64,000 nucleotides of DNA from Candidatus Bathyarchaeota archaeon (GCA_005888635.1 VBAW01000016.1:133859-197858), one strand, 5' to 3'; numbered from the stretch's first letter, positions 19,385-29,990 are shown. Numbers and translations: made by a program. The notes: generated by a model not told the origin, from the letters alone.

Positions 19385-19879
19385 CTAATGGTCCGCTTCT
19401 TTCTCATATCTCTGCCGTAGAATCTCTTGGATCAACTCCACAGCACGCTTGATCTGCCTTTGCATTGCCATCGGATCGTATCCCACCGGAGGCTTCGTAT
19501 CGAGATATCGTCGATACATGTCAAAATCAAGGAACTTTTTGCTCGTCTCGAAGATGTTCATCAGAGCTGCGCTATCCATATTCTCCAAGTCTGAACGGCG
19601 GCAGTGGTAGAATCCATTCTCTCGGGCGAACGTAATCTTTTCATTTCCGAAAGAATCGTTGTACACATCTTCCCACAGGTTCCGATCCACCTCACTTTCC
19701 TCAACAAGACCTTTCGAGATCTTTGACTGGTACACCTCGAATAGGTGGCTCGCCTGAGGCTCGGGAATCTCAAGCGCCTTGGAGACTTCCTGAAATGACA
19801 ATCCTTTCTTTCTTAGGTAATAGCAGGCCTCTTCGAGATACGGCAATGCATCCGTATCCACCTCAGTCACTCCTACCAT
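19385..19879 (-). CDS. Hypothetical protein with N-terminal HTH
   Basis: YYLRKKGLSFQEVSKALEI. Confidence 0.65.
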   Translation of the reverse strand: MVGVTEVDTDALPYLEEACYYLRKKGLSFQEVSKALEIPEPQASHLFEVYQSKISKGLVEESEVDRNLWEDVYNDSFGNEKITFARENGFYHCRRSDLENMDSAALMNIFETSKKFLDFDMYRRYLDTKPPVGYDPMAMQRQIKRAVELIQEILRQRYEKEADH

Positions 19880-19973
19880 TCCTCGAATATGGGCGAGAAG
19901 ATTCAGATGAATAATAAGTTGAAGTCGTCCACACTCAGATTGGTTAGAAGGACGGGTTCTAACGGTCGGAGGG

Positions 19974-20396
19974 CTAATAAGCCATTTTCGGAAGACTGCT
20001 CTTGAAGTATCGCCTGCATTTCCTGCACTGTAGTCTGCCTTCCGAGATTGGTCGGAGTGGTGTCTCACAGAAAGGGCACATGTCGAGTCTAGCCAAATTG
20101 CTAGGTTCTTCGAGGTCTTCCAATTTAGATTTTGAACCGAGCCGAGCCGGTAAAGATTGAGAGTGCCTTCTGCCGTAAAAAGCCAAGATAACAGCTGCGA
20201 CGATCACCGCAGATATGCCGATTGTTATCTCCGGCCAAACGCTTGCCCATGCGTTTGACACGTACGCTTGCATGAAGGGATTGTGAGTGTATTCAAGATA
20301 CAACCAAACAGCAAGCAGTAGATTGGCGGCTGATTGTATCACCAACAGAGGACCGTACCTTGAGCTGAGTAGTGAAGGTAGTCTTGTTGTTCTCAT
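19974..20396 (-). CDS. Two-TM protein with C-terminal zinc ribbon (WLxxEYxxN family)
   Basis: WLYLEYTHNPFMQAY; CPFC..CRKC. Confidence 0.7.
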   Translation of the reverse strand: MRTTRLPSLLSSRYGPLLVIQSAANLLLAVWLYLEYTHNPFMQAYVSNAWASVWPEITIGISAVIVAAVILAFYGRRHSQSLPARLGSKSKLEDLEEPSNLARLDMCPFCETPLRPISEGRLQCRKCRRYFKSSLPKMAY

Positions 20397-20558
20397 CTTG
20401 GCTTATCCCAGTATAATTGAGTACGATACCGAGGGATATCTTACCGGTCCTGAAAAATAAGGCTACCTGAGAAATGGAGACCCCACTTGAGAGTCACGGT
20501 GAGGGCTTCTCAGTGGTTGTTGAGGATCGAAGCTTTAGGCAGCCTCAGGGTGAGCTAA

Positions 20559-21785
20559 CTACCGGTAAGCCTCGTATTCGGTGCCCAGGAGACTCACGGC
20601 TATCTTCTGGACCATTATTTCATCAGTGCCTTCATAAATCCTGCAGACCCGAGTATCGACCAAGTGCCTTGGAGCTCTAGTCTCGAAGCTGTAGCCGCTT
20701 GAGCCAAGAATCTGAACTGTTCTGTCTGCAGCATCGAATGAAGCGTTTGATGCGAAGTACTTTGCCTTGGCAATCATCACGTCTGCGTAGTCTCGCAAGT
20801 CTTTGTCTTCTGGATCCGAGTCGCTTTTCTGTTTCAGAAGCGCCGCCTTGTACACCACGTTCTTCGCTGCTTCAAGATTGGTTGACATTTCCCCAATATG
20901 CCGCTGGACGAGTTGGTGTTTTGCTATCGGTTTTCCATGCTGGATTCTCTGCTTGGAAAATGCAACTGCCTCGTTGATGCAGTCCTCGATAACTCCTAAG
21001 CACCCGGCGGCAACGCTAAGTCGGCCGCTCATCAACCCCGAATAGGCTATGCTCAGCCCTTTGCCCGCGGGTCCCATTAGGTTCTCTCTTGGGACCTTGC
21101 AATTGTCTAGGAAGATTGAGCCAGTGTCTGACGTCGGCATTCCGAGTTTGTGTTTCTGTTGCTGACTCGAATATCCTTCGAAATTCTTCTCAACAATGAA
21201 CGCGCACATCCCTTCTCGCTTACCCTTCGGGTACGCAAAAATGACGGCGACATCTGCTATGCTGCCGTTTGAAATCCAGGCCTTACTGCCATTCAGTACG
21301 AAGTTGCTCCCCTTCTCCTCAAATGTTGTGCGAAGAGATGCGGGATCGCTTCCCGCGGTTGGTTCGGTCAGTCCAAAACACATGACCTTCTCTCCTCGCG
21401 TGGCTGGAGGAAGGTAGCGCTGCTTCTGCTCCTCGCTCGCCCATTTCTGAACGGTTACTTGTCCCAGAGAGATATGACCGGAGAGGAACGTTCGGACCCC
21501 AGTTCCTTCTTGGCCAATCCTTTCTAGGGCTAGGGCATAAGTCAGTACGTCTGCTCCTTGGCCTTCGCCGTATCGCCTTGAGATTGGTAATCCTAGAAGT
21601 TGCGCTTTTCTGAAAATTGGTGCAAGGCGATCATTGAACTTTCCGGCTAGGTATGCTTCGTCCTCCAACGGACGAAGTTCTCTACATGCCCTATCAACCT
21701 CATCCAGTACGAACCTTTGCTCATCGGACACGTCAAAATTCATGTGCGATAGATCTGCAAATCCAGAGTCAACAACAGTCTTCAT
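20559..21785 (-). CDS. Acyl-CoA dehydrogenase
   Basis: FGLTEPTAGSD, LNGSKAWISN, RIQHGKPI, RIYEGTDEI. Confidence 0.95.
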   Translation of the reverse strand: MKTVVDSGFADLSHMNFDVSDEQRFVLDEVDRACRELRPLEDEAYLAGKFNDRLAPIFRKAQLLGLPISRRYGEGQGADVLTYALALERIGQEGTGVRTFLSGHISLGQVTVQKWASEEQKQRYLPPATRGEKVMCFGLTEPTAGSDPASLRTTFEEKGSNFVLNGSKAWISNGSIADVAVIFAYPKGKREGMCAFIVEKNFEGYSSQQQKHKLGMPTSDTGSIFLDNCKVPRENLMGPAGKGLSIAYSGLMSGRLSVAAGCLGVIEDCINEAVAFSKQRIQHGKPIAKHQLVQRHIGEMSTNLEAAKNVVYKAALLKQKSDSDPEDKDLRDYADVMIAKAKYFASNASFDAADRTVQILGSSGYSFETRAPRHLVDTRVCRIYEGTDEIMVQKIAVSLLGTEYEAYR

Positions 21786-21830
21786 GTCACGATTACACTA
21801 TTCCTAGATTATCTAGCTCCACGTTTTCTG

Positions 21831-21843
21831 GAAAAGTTATATC
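21831..21843 (+). promoter_or_regulatory. BRE/TATA box upstream of the AbrB-like gene
   Basis: GAAAAGTTATATC about 35 nt before the TTG at 21878. Confidence 0.45.
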
Positions 21844-21877
21844 ATTGGGTTCTTAGCCATTTGCCCGAGGCCAATAG

Positions 21878-22042
21878 TTGCCCATTCAAGTTGAGGAAGA
21901 AGACATCCCCTTCTTCGCTGAAGTAATAGCGGGCGGACGAATCACCATACCAGAGGAAATTAGAAAAATCTTCGGCGTGAAAGATGGAGACCACGTCATG
22001 TGTCGTGTAAGGCTCGTAAAGAGGGCCGAAGACATAAAGTAG
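21878..22042 (+). CDS. AbrB/MazE family DNA-binding protein (not in the ORF track)
   Basis: MPIQVEEEDIPFFAEVIAGGRITIPEEIRKIFGVKDGDHV... Confidence 0.85.
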   Translation: MPIQVEEEDIPFFAEVIAGGRITIPEEIRKIFGVKDGDHVMCRVRLVKRAEDIK

Positions 22043-22132
22043 AAGATACTAAACTATTCTCCCTGATTTCGCCCTCTGTGTTCTGACAATCTTAAATAAC
22101 CTCAAAGCACTCGATCCATTCTGGCACCCCAG

Positions 22133-23158
22133 TTGACACTGGACGTCTCCGATCCAACCGAGGTCGTAGACGGCTTTCGAAACAAGTCAATTCTTGTCAT
22201 TGGGGACCTTATCGTCGACCGATACGTTCATTCTCAAGGTCGAAAGCTCTCTCGTGAGGCCCCTGTGCCGGTGGCCGACTTTATCTCTGAAGAGCTTCTT
22301 CTCGGAGGAGCCACCAACCTTACCAACAATCTCGTCGCCTTAGGCGCGAAGGTCAAGGTCCTCGGGGTCGTTGGAAAGGACGAGGCCGGGCGCTGGATCG
22401 AAGAAGAGCTTCGCCGAAAGGGAGTAGACGTCTCGGGGATCGTGGTCAACGATAGGCCTACCAGCCTGAAAACGCGGTTTATCCTGAACCATCGACAATA
22501 CCTTCGAATCGATAAGGAGTACCGATCCGACGTGGAGCCTCACATCACGAGGCAGTTTCTACAACCCCTGAAAGAGCTGGTGGGAGGGGCTGATAGCGTC
22601 GTATTCTCCGACTATGACAAGGGAGTGATAACGCCCGAATTGATCAGCAACGTCGTAGAGGAATGTCGGGTGCAGAACAAGAAGGTCCTGGCTCAGCCAA
22701 AGGTACGCCACTATCTAGACTACATCGGAGTAACGATGGTCAAGTCCAATGCACGTGAAGGCAGCATTGCCACCGGTGTCTCGATGGTGAATGATACTTC
22801 GCTTCGCAACATGGGACACAACCTGATGACCCGGCTCGAATGCGAGAGTCTTCTACTGACCCGAAGCGAGCACGGCATGATCTTGTTCGAGAAGAAGAAC
22901 ATCACCAGCTTCCCAGCATTCAAGGGCCCGAAGCCGGGATTCAACGCTGTGGGTGTACGAGATTGCCAGACTGCGGTTCTCGCAATGTCCATGGCTGCTG
23001 GAGCTTCTGTCCGAGAGGCTGTTCTCCTCGCCGGTCTGGCTGCCGCCCAGCAAGCGGACAAGATCGGTACTGTTGTAGTGGATCTGAACGATCTTCGATC
23101 TCAAGCTAGCACAACGTTAGAGCTTGCAGAGCATATAGTTCAGGTCCCGGTCCACTAG
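22133..23158 (+). CDS. PfkB-family kinase, HldE/RfaE heptose-kinase-like
   Basis: VIGDLIVDRY, SREAPVPV, LGGA, FSDYDKG; GAGD motif reads GVRD. Confidence 0.85.
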   Translation: MTLDVSDPTEVVDGFRNKSILVIGDLIVDRYVHSQGRKLSREAPVPVADFISEELLLGGATNLTNNLVALGAKVKVLGVVGKDEAGRWIEEELRRKGVDVSGIVVNDRPTSLKTRFILNHRQYLRIDKEYRSDVEPHITRQFLQPLKELVGGADSVVFSDYDKGVITPELISNVVEECRVQNKKVLAQPKVRHYLDYIGVTMVKSNAREGSIATGVSMVNDTSLRNMGHNLMTRLECESLLLTRSEHGMILFEKKNITSFPAFKGPKPGFNAVGVRDCQTAVLAMSMAAGASVREAVLLAGLAAAQQADKIGTVVVDLNDLRSQASTTLELAEHIVQVPVH

Positions 23159-23160
23159 TA

Positions 23161-23988
23161 ATGGAACAGACGCAGATCCCTTTTGGTATGCTGCTGCAGA
23201 AAGCGGTCAAGATTAGAACCCACATTCTGGAAATGCTTGCAGAGGCCAAGTCGGGTCATCCCGGAGGAAGCCTCTCAGCTGTCGAGATCCTAGTCTCGCT
23301 CTACTTCTACAAGATGCGCCACGATCCCAAGCGGCCCGATTGGCCTGACCGAGATAGGTTTGTCCTCTCCAAGGGTCACGCTGCTCCTGTTCTATTCGCT
23401 ACGCTCGCAGAGGCAGGCTATATTCCAATAAGCGAGCTGAAGACTCTGCGAAAGCTGAACAGCAGACTGCAAGGGCATCCGGACCACCGGGTGCCTGGAG
23501 TGGAATTCCCCGGAGGTTCGCTGGGAATCGGATTGTCGGCTGCGATAGGCATGGCACTTGCGGGCAAGATCGACAAGAAAGACTATCGAGTCTACGCGTT
23601 GCTGGGAGATGGGGAGTTGGACGAGGGCGAGACCTGGGAGGCGGCCATGGCGGCGCCGAAATTCAAACTGGGCAATCTCACGGCCATCATTGATCGGAAC
23701 GGGATTCAACAGGATGGTCTAACTGAACAGATCATGCCGATGGAGCCTCTAGCCTACAAGTGGAAAGCCTTCAACTGGCACGTTCTAGAGGTTGATGGGT
23801 TCGATCTCCGCCAGGTAATCGAAGCCTTGGAAAAAGCCGAGAACATGCGGAACCGGCCCACTGTCATCATTGCACACACAGTAAAGGGCAAGGGAGTATC
23901 TTTCATGGAGTGGGACCCCGCCTATCATGGCAAGGCACCGGACAAGGATACAGTGAAGAAACTGGTCGAGTCTATGAGGAATCAATAA
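23161..23988 (+). CDS. tktA: Transketolase N-terminal subunit
   Basis: SGHPGGSLS, DRFVLSKGH, LQGHP, GDGELDEG..WEA. Confidence 0.95.
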   Translation: MEQTQIPFGMLLQKAVKIRTHILEMLAEAKSGHPGGSLSAVEILVSLYFYKMRHDPKRPDWPDRDRFVLSKGHAAPVLFATLAEAGYIPISELKTLRKLNSRLQGHPDHRVPGVEFPGGSLGIGLSAAIGMALAGKIDKKDYRVYALLGDGELDEGETWEAAMAAPKFKLGNLTAIIDRNGIQQDGLTEQIMPMEPLAYKWKAFNWHVLEVDGFDLRQVIEALEKAENMRNRPTVIIAHTVKGKGVSFMEWDPAYHGKAPDKDTVKKLVESMRNQ

Positions 23989-24025
23989 TGAGCATCGAAT
24001 TGTCCTTTGGTTCAAAGGGTAAGGA

Positions 24026-24979
24026 ATGCTTGGACTGATGCTCGTCCAAATGAGCTCGATGCGGGACGCTCTCGCCGAGGCCCTTCTCGAACTCGGATCA
24101 AAGGATCAGAGAATAGTCGTACTAGGAGCCGACACATCGGTCTCCATCAAGACCAGCCTCTTCGCCGATCGATATCCTGACCGATTCTTCAACGTAGGAA
24201 TCGCCGAAGCTAACATGATCGGGATCGCCGCAGGACTCGCCCTGGCCGGTAAGATACCATACGTCAGCACGTACTCCGCGTTCGTCCCCGGGAAATGTCT
24301 GGACCAGATCCGGAACGCGGTCGCCTATCCGAACTTAGACGTCAAGATAGTCTCCTCCCATGGCGGCGTTAGCGTGGGCCCCGACGGTGCCTCCCACCAG
24401 ACAGTGGAAGACGTGGCGGCAATGCGGGCAATCCCGCACTTGCGAGTCATCGTACCCGCTGACGCTCCTTCGACAAGGGTCTTGATAGAAGAATCTTGGA
24501 GGACTCCAGGGCCCTTCTATATTCGTCTCAGTAGGCCCAGCGTGCCTGAGGTTTATTCCTCGCGCCCCGACCTGAAGGTAGGACATGTCAAGGTTTTGAA
24601 GGACGGGACTGACGTGGCGATCATCGCTTGTGGCGTAATGGTGAACGAGGCGTTGGAAGCTGGCGAGTCTCTGGCTAAGGAGAAAATCTCAGCTGAAATC
24701 GTAGACTGTCACACTCTCAAACCTCTGGACGCAGACACCATTGTCGGTGTCGCAAGAAAGACTGGAGGAATCGTCACGGCTGAAGAGCAGAATATCATTG
24801 GTGGACTCGGGAGCGCCGTTGCAGAATCAACATCAAGCTCCTACCCCGTGCCCATCTCAATTGTCGGTGTCAGAGACACCTTCGGAGAGTCAGGCGAATA
24901 CAAGGAGCTCATGGCAAAGTATGGTCTTACCTCAAAAGATATCGTCAGAGCTGCAAAGAAGCTAGTCGCGTCTAGGTGA
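24026..24979 (+). CDS. tktB: Transketolase C-terminal subunit
   Basis: RFFNVGIAEANM, GPDGASHQ, GPFYIRL, DTFGESG. Confidence 0.95.
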   Translation: MLGLMLVQMSSMRDALAEALLELGSKDQRIVVLGADTSVSIKTSLFADRYPDRFFNVGIAEANMIGIAAGLALAGKIPYVSTYSAFVPGKCLDQIRNAVAYPNLDVKIVSSHGGVSVGPDGASHQTVEDVAAMRAIPHLRVIVPADAPSTRVLIEESWRTPGPFYIRLSRPSVPEVYSSRPDLKVGHVKVLKDGTDVAIIACGVMVNEALEAGESLAKEKISAEIVDCHTLKPLDADTIVGVARKTGGIVTAEEQNIIGGLGSAVAESTSSSYPVPISIVGVRDTFGESGEYKELMAKYGLTSKDIVRAAKKLVASR

Positions 24980-24986
24980 TTATTGA

Positions 24987-25688
24987 TTGAAGATCTTCCT
25001 CGACACTGCCAACATACCGTCCATCAAGACGTTCGTCGACATGGGAGTCTTGGACGGGATAACCACCAACCCGACACTCATCGCTAAAGAGAACAGGGAA
25101 TTCGTCGAACTCGTAACGGATATTCTGAGACTTGTTCAAGGACCCGTAAACCTTGAGGTGGTTAGTCAGGAGACTGAGGGAATGGTCCGGGAAGGGCATG
25201 ATCTTGCCGCCCTGGGACCCAATGTCGTGGTCAAATGCCCGATGACGGGGGAGGGGCTCAAAGCGGTCAGGGGGCTTCACAAGGATGGCATCAAGACAAA
25301 CGTAACTCTAGTCTTCTCTCCGAACCAGGCGCTTCTGGCGGCGAAGGCTGGAGCGGACTATGTTAGCCCATTCATCGGTCGGCTCGACGACGCCGGGCAT
25401 GAAGGGATGAAGATAATCGAAGAGATTTTGCTGATTTACCGAAATTACAATATTGATACTCAAGTGTTAGTGGCTAGCATTCGTCACCCGGTGCACGTTG
25501 TAGAGGCTGCGAAGCTGGGTGCTCATGTGGCTACGATGCCGGCTGATGTCTTGGACAAGATGGTGAAACATCCATTGACTGATATTGGGCTGAAACGGTT
25601 CTTGGATGATTGGCAGAAGGCGGGTCTCAGGCTTCCGGAAGGAAGGTCGACCGTTCCGAGGGCGAAGCCTCTGGTCCAACGAGTTTAG
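24987..25688 (+). CDS. tal: Transaldolase / fructose-6-phosphate aldolase family
   Basis: KIFLDTA, GITTNPTL, VVKCP, NVTLVFS, YVSPFIGRLDD. Confidence 0.95.
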   Translation: MKIFLDTANIPSIKTFVDMGVLDGITTNPTLIAKENREFVELVTDILRLVQGPVNLEVVSQETEGMVREGHDLAALGPNVVVKCPMTGEGLKAVRGLHKDGIKTNVTLVFSPNQALLAAKAGADYVSPFIGRLDDAGHEGMKIIEEILLIYRNYNIDTQVLVASIRHPVHVVEAAKLGAHVATMPADVLDKMVKHPLTDIGLKRFLDDWQKAGLRLPEGRSTVPRAKPLVQRV

Positions 25689-25808
25689 GAATCTGCCTGC
25701 CGAATGTCGTCTCCTATCGTGCTTGATGCTTCAACTCTGTTCTAGGCTAATTGGGAGTCTTCGCCGTCAGTCTTTTGAATAGGTGATTATTCCTCTCTCT
25801 GTTGCCCT

Positions 25809-27440
25809 TTGGCGAAGTACATATTCGTCACCGGCGGAGTAATGTCCGGAATAGGAAAGGGAGTCATCGCAGCTTCTATCGGCAAAATTCTTCAAGTCCG
25901 AGGACTGAAGGTCACCGCCGCAAAGGTCGACCCCTACCTCAACTATGATGCAGGAACGATGAACCCGTACATCCACGGCGAGGTCTTCGTGACGGAAGAC
26001 GGGGGCGAGACCGATATGGACATCGGCACCTACGAGAGATTTCTAGACATCAACGTTCCAAAGAGCCACAACATTACGACCGGACAGATCTATTCCTCTG
26101 TCATCGAACGAGAGAGAAGGGGAGACTTTCTTGGAAAGTGCGTCCAGATAATTCCACACATTACCGACGAAATCAAGGGTCGTCTTCGAAATATCGCACG
26201 CGAGGATGCGGGTGTTGTGATAGTGGAGATAGGTGGGACTGTCGGCGACATCGAGTCCCTCCCCTATCTAGAAGCTGCCCGTCAATTCAGGTTCGACGAG
26301 GGAATCGGAAACGTCGTCAATGTCCACGTCACCCTCGTTCCGATGCTCGATGTTGTCGGTGAACAGAAAACCAAGCCAACACAGCACAGCGTTCAAGAGC
26401 TTAGACGCATAGGCGTCCAGCCTGACGTTATTGTTGCTCGAAGCAAGGTGCCTCTTAAGCCAGAGCCGCGAAAGAAGATCGCTCTCTTCTGCAACGTCGA
26501 AGAATCCGCGGTCTTCACCTCCCAAGACATCGCTAGCATCTACGAATCACCTCTCCTTCTAGACGAACAGGGTCTGGGCAGTTACATGGTCAATAGGCTT
26601 CAATTGTCAAGCAAGGAGCCCGAGTGGAGCCCGTGGAAGAAGATGATCAAGACCCATCTTGGACCGGAAAACCAGGTTACAATCGCAGTCTGCGGGAAAT
26701 ATGCCGAACTCGCTGACTGCTATGTTAGCGTCAACGAAGCGCTTCGTGATGCAGGCGCTACCCTAAACGCAAAAGTTGATCTGGAGTTTATTGAGACTGA
26801 CGATTTCGAGACGGATCCCTCAAGGGTCCGCGTATTGTCCGGGTTCGACGGACTCTTGGTGCCGGGAGGGTTTGGGTCGAGAGGCTCCGAGGGAAAGATC
26901 AGAGCAATAGAATACGCGCGAACTCACAACATTCCATTCCTAGGAATCTGTTTCGGATTCCAACTAGCAGTGGTCGAATATGCCCGGAGCCTAGGAATGA
27001 TGGATGCGGCCAGCTCAGAGCTGACCTCAGACTCGAAAAATTACGTTATTGACCTAATGCCGGAGCAGAATAGCGTGTTGGAGAAGGGCGGGACCATGAG
27101 GCTGGGAGCGCATGAAATCTCCATTGACACGGAAAGCATCGCATACTCGCTCTATCAGAAAACGAAGGCTTGGGAGAGGCATAGGCACCGGTACGAAGTC
27201 AACCCCAAGTACATTCCACAACTCACATCGAAGGGATTAAGATTCTCAGGAAAGAGCGACGCCAGCCGGAGAATGGAGATTCTTGAACTACCGAGCAACA
27301 CTTTCCACTTTGCGACGCAGTACCATGCAGAGTTCAAGTCCCGACCTGGACGACCCTCGCCACCGTATATGGGACTCGTGAAGTCGTCGCTTTCGAAGAA
27401 TCTGAAGCTGGAACCCAAACAGGTTATGACGCGCCAGTAA
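25809..27440 (+). CDS. pyrG: CTP synthase
   Basis: [40 protein letters not shown]. Confidence 0.98.
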   Translation: MAKYIFVTGGVMSGIGKGVIAASIGKILQVRGLKVTAAKVDPYLNYDAGTMNPYIHGEVFVTEDGGETDMDIGTYERFLDINVPKSHNITTGQIYSSVIERERRGDFLGKCVQIIPHITDEIKGRLRNIAREDAGVVIVEIGGTVGDIESLPYLEAARQFRFDEGIGNVVNVHVTLVPMLDVVGEQKTKPTQHSVQELRRIGVQPDVIVARSKVPLKPEPRKKIALFCNVEESAVFTSQDIASIYESPLLLDEQGLGSYMVNRLQLSSKEPEWSPWKKMIKTHLGPENQVTIAVCGKYAELADCYVSVNEALRDAGATLNAKVDLEFIETDDFETDPSRVRVLSGFDGLLVPGGFGSRGSEGKIRAIEYARTHNIPFLGICFGFQLAVVEYARSLGMMDAASSELTSDSKNYVIDLMPEQNSVLEKGGTMRLGAHEISIDTESIAYSLYQKTKAWERHRHRYEVNPKYIPQLTSKGLRFSGKSDASRRMEILELPSNTFHFATQYHAEFKSRPGRPSPPYMGLVKSSLSKNLKLEPKQVMTRQ

Positions 27441-27459
27441 ATCTTCGAGGGAACTATGT

Positions 27460-28077
27460 ATGGAATCGAAAACTGACGCAGCGTCTAAGGTCGTTACCGG
27501 GCACCGCACACCGGTAGTTACCATTACCGTGACGGCCGTCTTCACGGCGCTGGTCTTTCTCTCAACATACCTGTTTCAGATTCCGATCCCTGCAACTCAG
27601 GGATACTTCAATCTCGGAGACATCATGATCTTTATCACCTCACTGACGTTTGGACCGACAGTGGGTGGATTCGCAGGCGGAATAGGTTCGTTCTTGTCTG
27701 ATGCTCTCGGCGGATTCGGCACTTTTGCACCGTTCACTCTGATCATAAAGGGGCTGGAAGGGTATGTTGCTGGACTGATCTCAAGGCGGAGTCTTCAGCG
27801 TCGGACCCTAATGATTGCTTGGGCTGCAGGTAGCGTGGTTATGGTTCTTGGATATTTCGCGACGGAATCATTCCTTATTGCTCTGGTCTTCGGCTCATCG
27901 TCCGCAACCGGGATCGTTGCCGCGTCAGGAGAGGTTCCATTCAACATTCTACAGGTTGTCGGAGGGGGAGCAGTCGGGATCCCTGTCTCGATAGGACTAA
28001 AGTATGCATTCCGCTCAACGCCCTATTTCTCCAGAATTCTAGGTCCTGCTCCTCGTCGTCAGCCTGAGAAGAAATAG
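27460..28077 (+). CDS. ECF transporter S component
   Basis: IPIPATQGYFNLGD, GGIGSFLSD, APFTLIIKGLEG. Confidence 0.88.
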   Translation: MESKTDAASKVVTGHRTPVVTITVTAVFTALVFLSTYLFQIPIPATQGYFNLGDIMIFITSLTFGPTVGGFAGGIGSFLSDALGGFGTFAPFTLIIKGLEGYVAGLISRRSLQRRTLMIAWAAGSVVMVLGYFATESFLIALVFGSSSATGIVAASGEVPFNILQVVGGGAVGIPVSIGLKYAFRSTPYFSRILGPAPRRQPEKK

Positions 28078-28320
28078 CTAAGGCCCGCTAGGCTGGGCTA
28101 CGCAGATGTAGAGCACGTTGCTGCCTCTAACTATCAGGCTTCCATAGTTCGTGGCCGGGTCGCCGCCACGGTATTCTCTAGCTCCGTCGAGGATGATGTT
28201 CATGTGGCTATCGCAGTCAATCATCTTGCCCCGATACTCAGTATCGTTCTTCAGCTTGACTGCCACGTCGCCGTTCATCTTGCGGATGAGAAGGTTGAGT
28301 GGCTTTCTCGATGGTTCCAT
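28078..28320 (-). CDS. Sm-like archaeal protein (SmAP/Lsm)
   Basis: PL..L, VKLK, YRG, D.HMNIIL, VRGSNV (Sm1/Sm2 motifs). Confidence 0.93.
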   Translation of the reverse strand: MEPSRKPLNLLIRKMNGDVAVKLKNDTEYRGKMIDCDSHMNIILDGAREYRGGDPATNYGSLIVRGSNVLYICVAQPSGP

Positions 28321-28406
28321 GCGGCGGCCTTATCGCGGCTGTTCGGCTGAGGCCATAAAAACTCTTTGTCAAACCACGGCGTTCGGATCTTGGACTCTCA
28401 GTCTAG

Positions 28407-28541
28407 CTAGCTCTCTGAGTCTTCTCTCGCCAGCATCTTCTGGTTATGCTGTTCCTTCCTGAAATCGGTCTTCAGCTTTCCGCATCTTATGCATCTAGCC
28501 ATCTGTCCTCTTCCGCGCCATTGGTGCGAGCATCCCGGCAT
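28407..28541 (-). CDS. Small zinc-finger microprotein (not in the ORF track)
   Basis: MPGCSHQWRGRGQMARCIRCGKLKTDFRKE..., with TTTAAG upstream. Confidence 0.55.
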   Translation of the reverse strand: MPGCSHQWRGRGQMARCIRCGKLKTDFRKEQHNQKMLAREDSES

Positions 28542-28607
28542 TCTTGTCAATGCTAGAAGTGCAGGTCTAGTTCTTAAAGTCCACGAAGCCAGACGCAGAT
28601 TCGGCGG

Positions 28608-29144
28608 TCATTCTAGAGCTTCAGCCGGAGGGAGAAGATAGAGTGTCTCCCGGTCAGAAATGATCGTCGATCGCGCGGGTTTCAGCAGAGATTCAGGATT
28701 TGGCAGTCCGGGCTGCTGGAAGAGAGTGAACGCTAGGAGCGCGTCTGGGCGGCTAATTCTCTTAAGATCGGCGATGAAAGCCGAATGATTCGACTCTGCC
28801 TTCGCCGTGGAGATGGAGACTGAGCAGTCTGATGAAGCGTCCTTGATCGGTAGCGAGTTTGAGCTTGCCAACACGTAATCGGTATTAGCTGTCTTTCTTC
28901 TCCTCGCGATTCGCAGCATCCTTCTTGACAAGTCGATGCCTATCGCATGATCGTAGATCTCGTGCGCCTTTTCGAGGAAAGTGCCGGTTCCGCAACCGAT
29001 GTCGATGAGAACTCGGAAGTGTCCGGTTCCAAGGAATCCTAGGACCGTTTCGTATTTGCTCGATTGTTCCTCCCCGTATAGTTCGTCGTATGAGCCGGAG
29101 AGTGCGTTGTACCATTCTGCGACTTGCCTATCGTCCTTTTCCAA
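28608..29144 (-). CDS. Class I SAM-dependent methyltransferase
   Basis: YDELYGEEQ, LIDIGCGTG, GIDLS. Confidence 0.88.
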   Translation of the reverse strand: MEKDDRQVAEWYNALSGSYDELYGEEQSSKYETVLGFLGTGHFRVLIDIGCGTGTFLEKAHEIYDHAIGIDLSRRMLRIARRRKTANTDYVLASSNSLPIKDASSDCSVSISTAKAESNHSAFIADLKRISRPDALLAFTLFQQPGLPNPESLLKPARSTIISDRETLYLLPPAEALE

Positions 29145-29198
29145 ATCATACTGATATATTGCGGATAGAGAGTTGAATCTTTCTGACGTGGATCTTCG

Positions 29199-29990
29199 AT
29201 GGTGGTCTTGGTCTCCCCTGGGCTAGATGAGGCTCGTTTGGAACTATGGAAGGCGTTGGAGGCTCGGATGATGGTGACGATGGTCGCGAATTGCACTATC
29301 AGCTATTCCGGCCGGACGGGCAGCGACATCGGAGAGGGTGAACGTCTAATCGTTCTGAAGGGTGATGGTTGTGTGCTGGTTCACAGGAGCAGGGACTACC
29401 AGCCTGTTAACTGGCAGCCGTCTGGTTGTGTCTTCCAGACTCGGATCGAGGATGGGCGTCTGATCGTAAAGGCTGTCCGCCCCAGTCCATTGGAGACGCT
29501 GAATATCGAAATTGACAGGATTGACTTTCTCAGCGCTTTCCGTTTGAAGGACGAGGCCGAGTTTATCCTCCACTCAAGTGAGGAGGAAATGCAGAAGGCC
29601 ATACTCGCAGAACCGGATCTGATCGAGCAAGGGCTTCGAGTGATAGATTTCGAGAAAAAAGTTGCTCCCGGATTCGTCGACGTTTACGGAATCGACTCTC
29701 AGGGAAACACGGTGGTCATTGAGATCAAGAAGGATCCGGCTGGAGCGGCTGCAGTTAAGCAACTCGTAGAATACCTAAAGTACCTTTCACCGGCAGAGGG
29801 TAAGAAGCTTCGACCTATCATAGTCGCACCGTCTCTCGCCAAGGGCGTTCTGCCGACGGTGGAGAAGATGAAGATCGAGTTCAAGCCGCTGACGCTGCAG
29901 AAGAGCTTCGAAACGTTGCAGAAGCGTATGAAGTCCGACCAGAAGGCGTTGAAGGGATGGCTCGGAGATGCTCCTTCAGAGAAGTCGTGA
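29199..29990 (+). CDS. nucS: Mismatch endonuclease NucS/EndoMS
   Basis: YSGR, K.DG..LVH, PVNWQP, GFVDVYG.D, IEIK, QL..Y. Confidence 0.93.
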   Translation: MVVLVSPGLDEARLELWKALEARMMVTMVANCTISYSGRTGSDIGEGERLIVLKGDGCVLVHRSRDYQPVNWQPSGCVFQTRIEDGRLIVKAVRPSPLETLNIEIDRIDFLSAFRLKDEAEFILHSSEEEMQKAILAEPDLIEQGLRVIDFEKKVAPGFVDVYGIDSQGNTVVIEIKKDPAGAAAVKQLVEYLKYLSPAEGKKLRPIIVAPSLAKGVLPTVEKMKIEFKPLTLQKSFETLQKRMKSDQKALKGWLGDAPSEKS

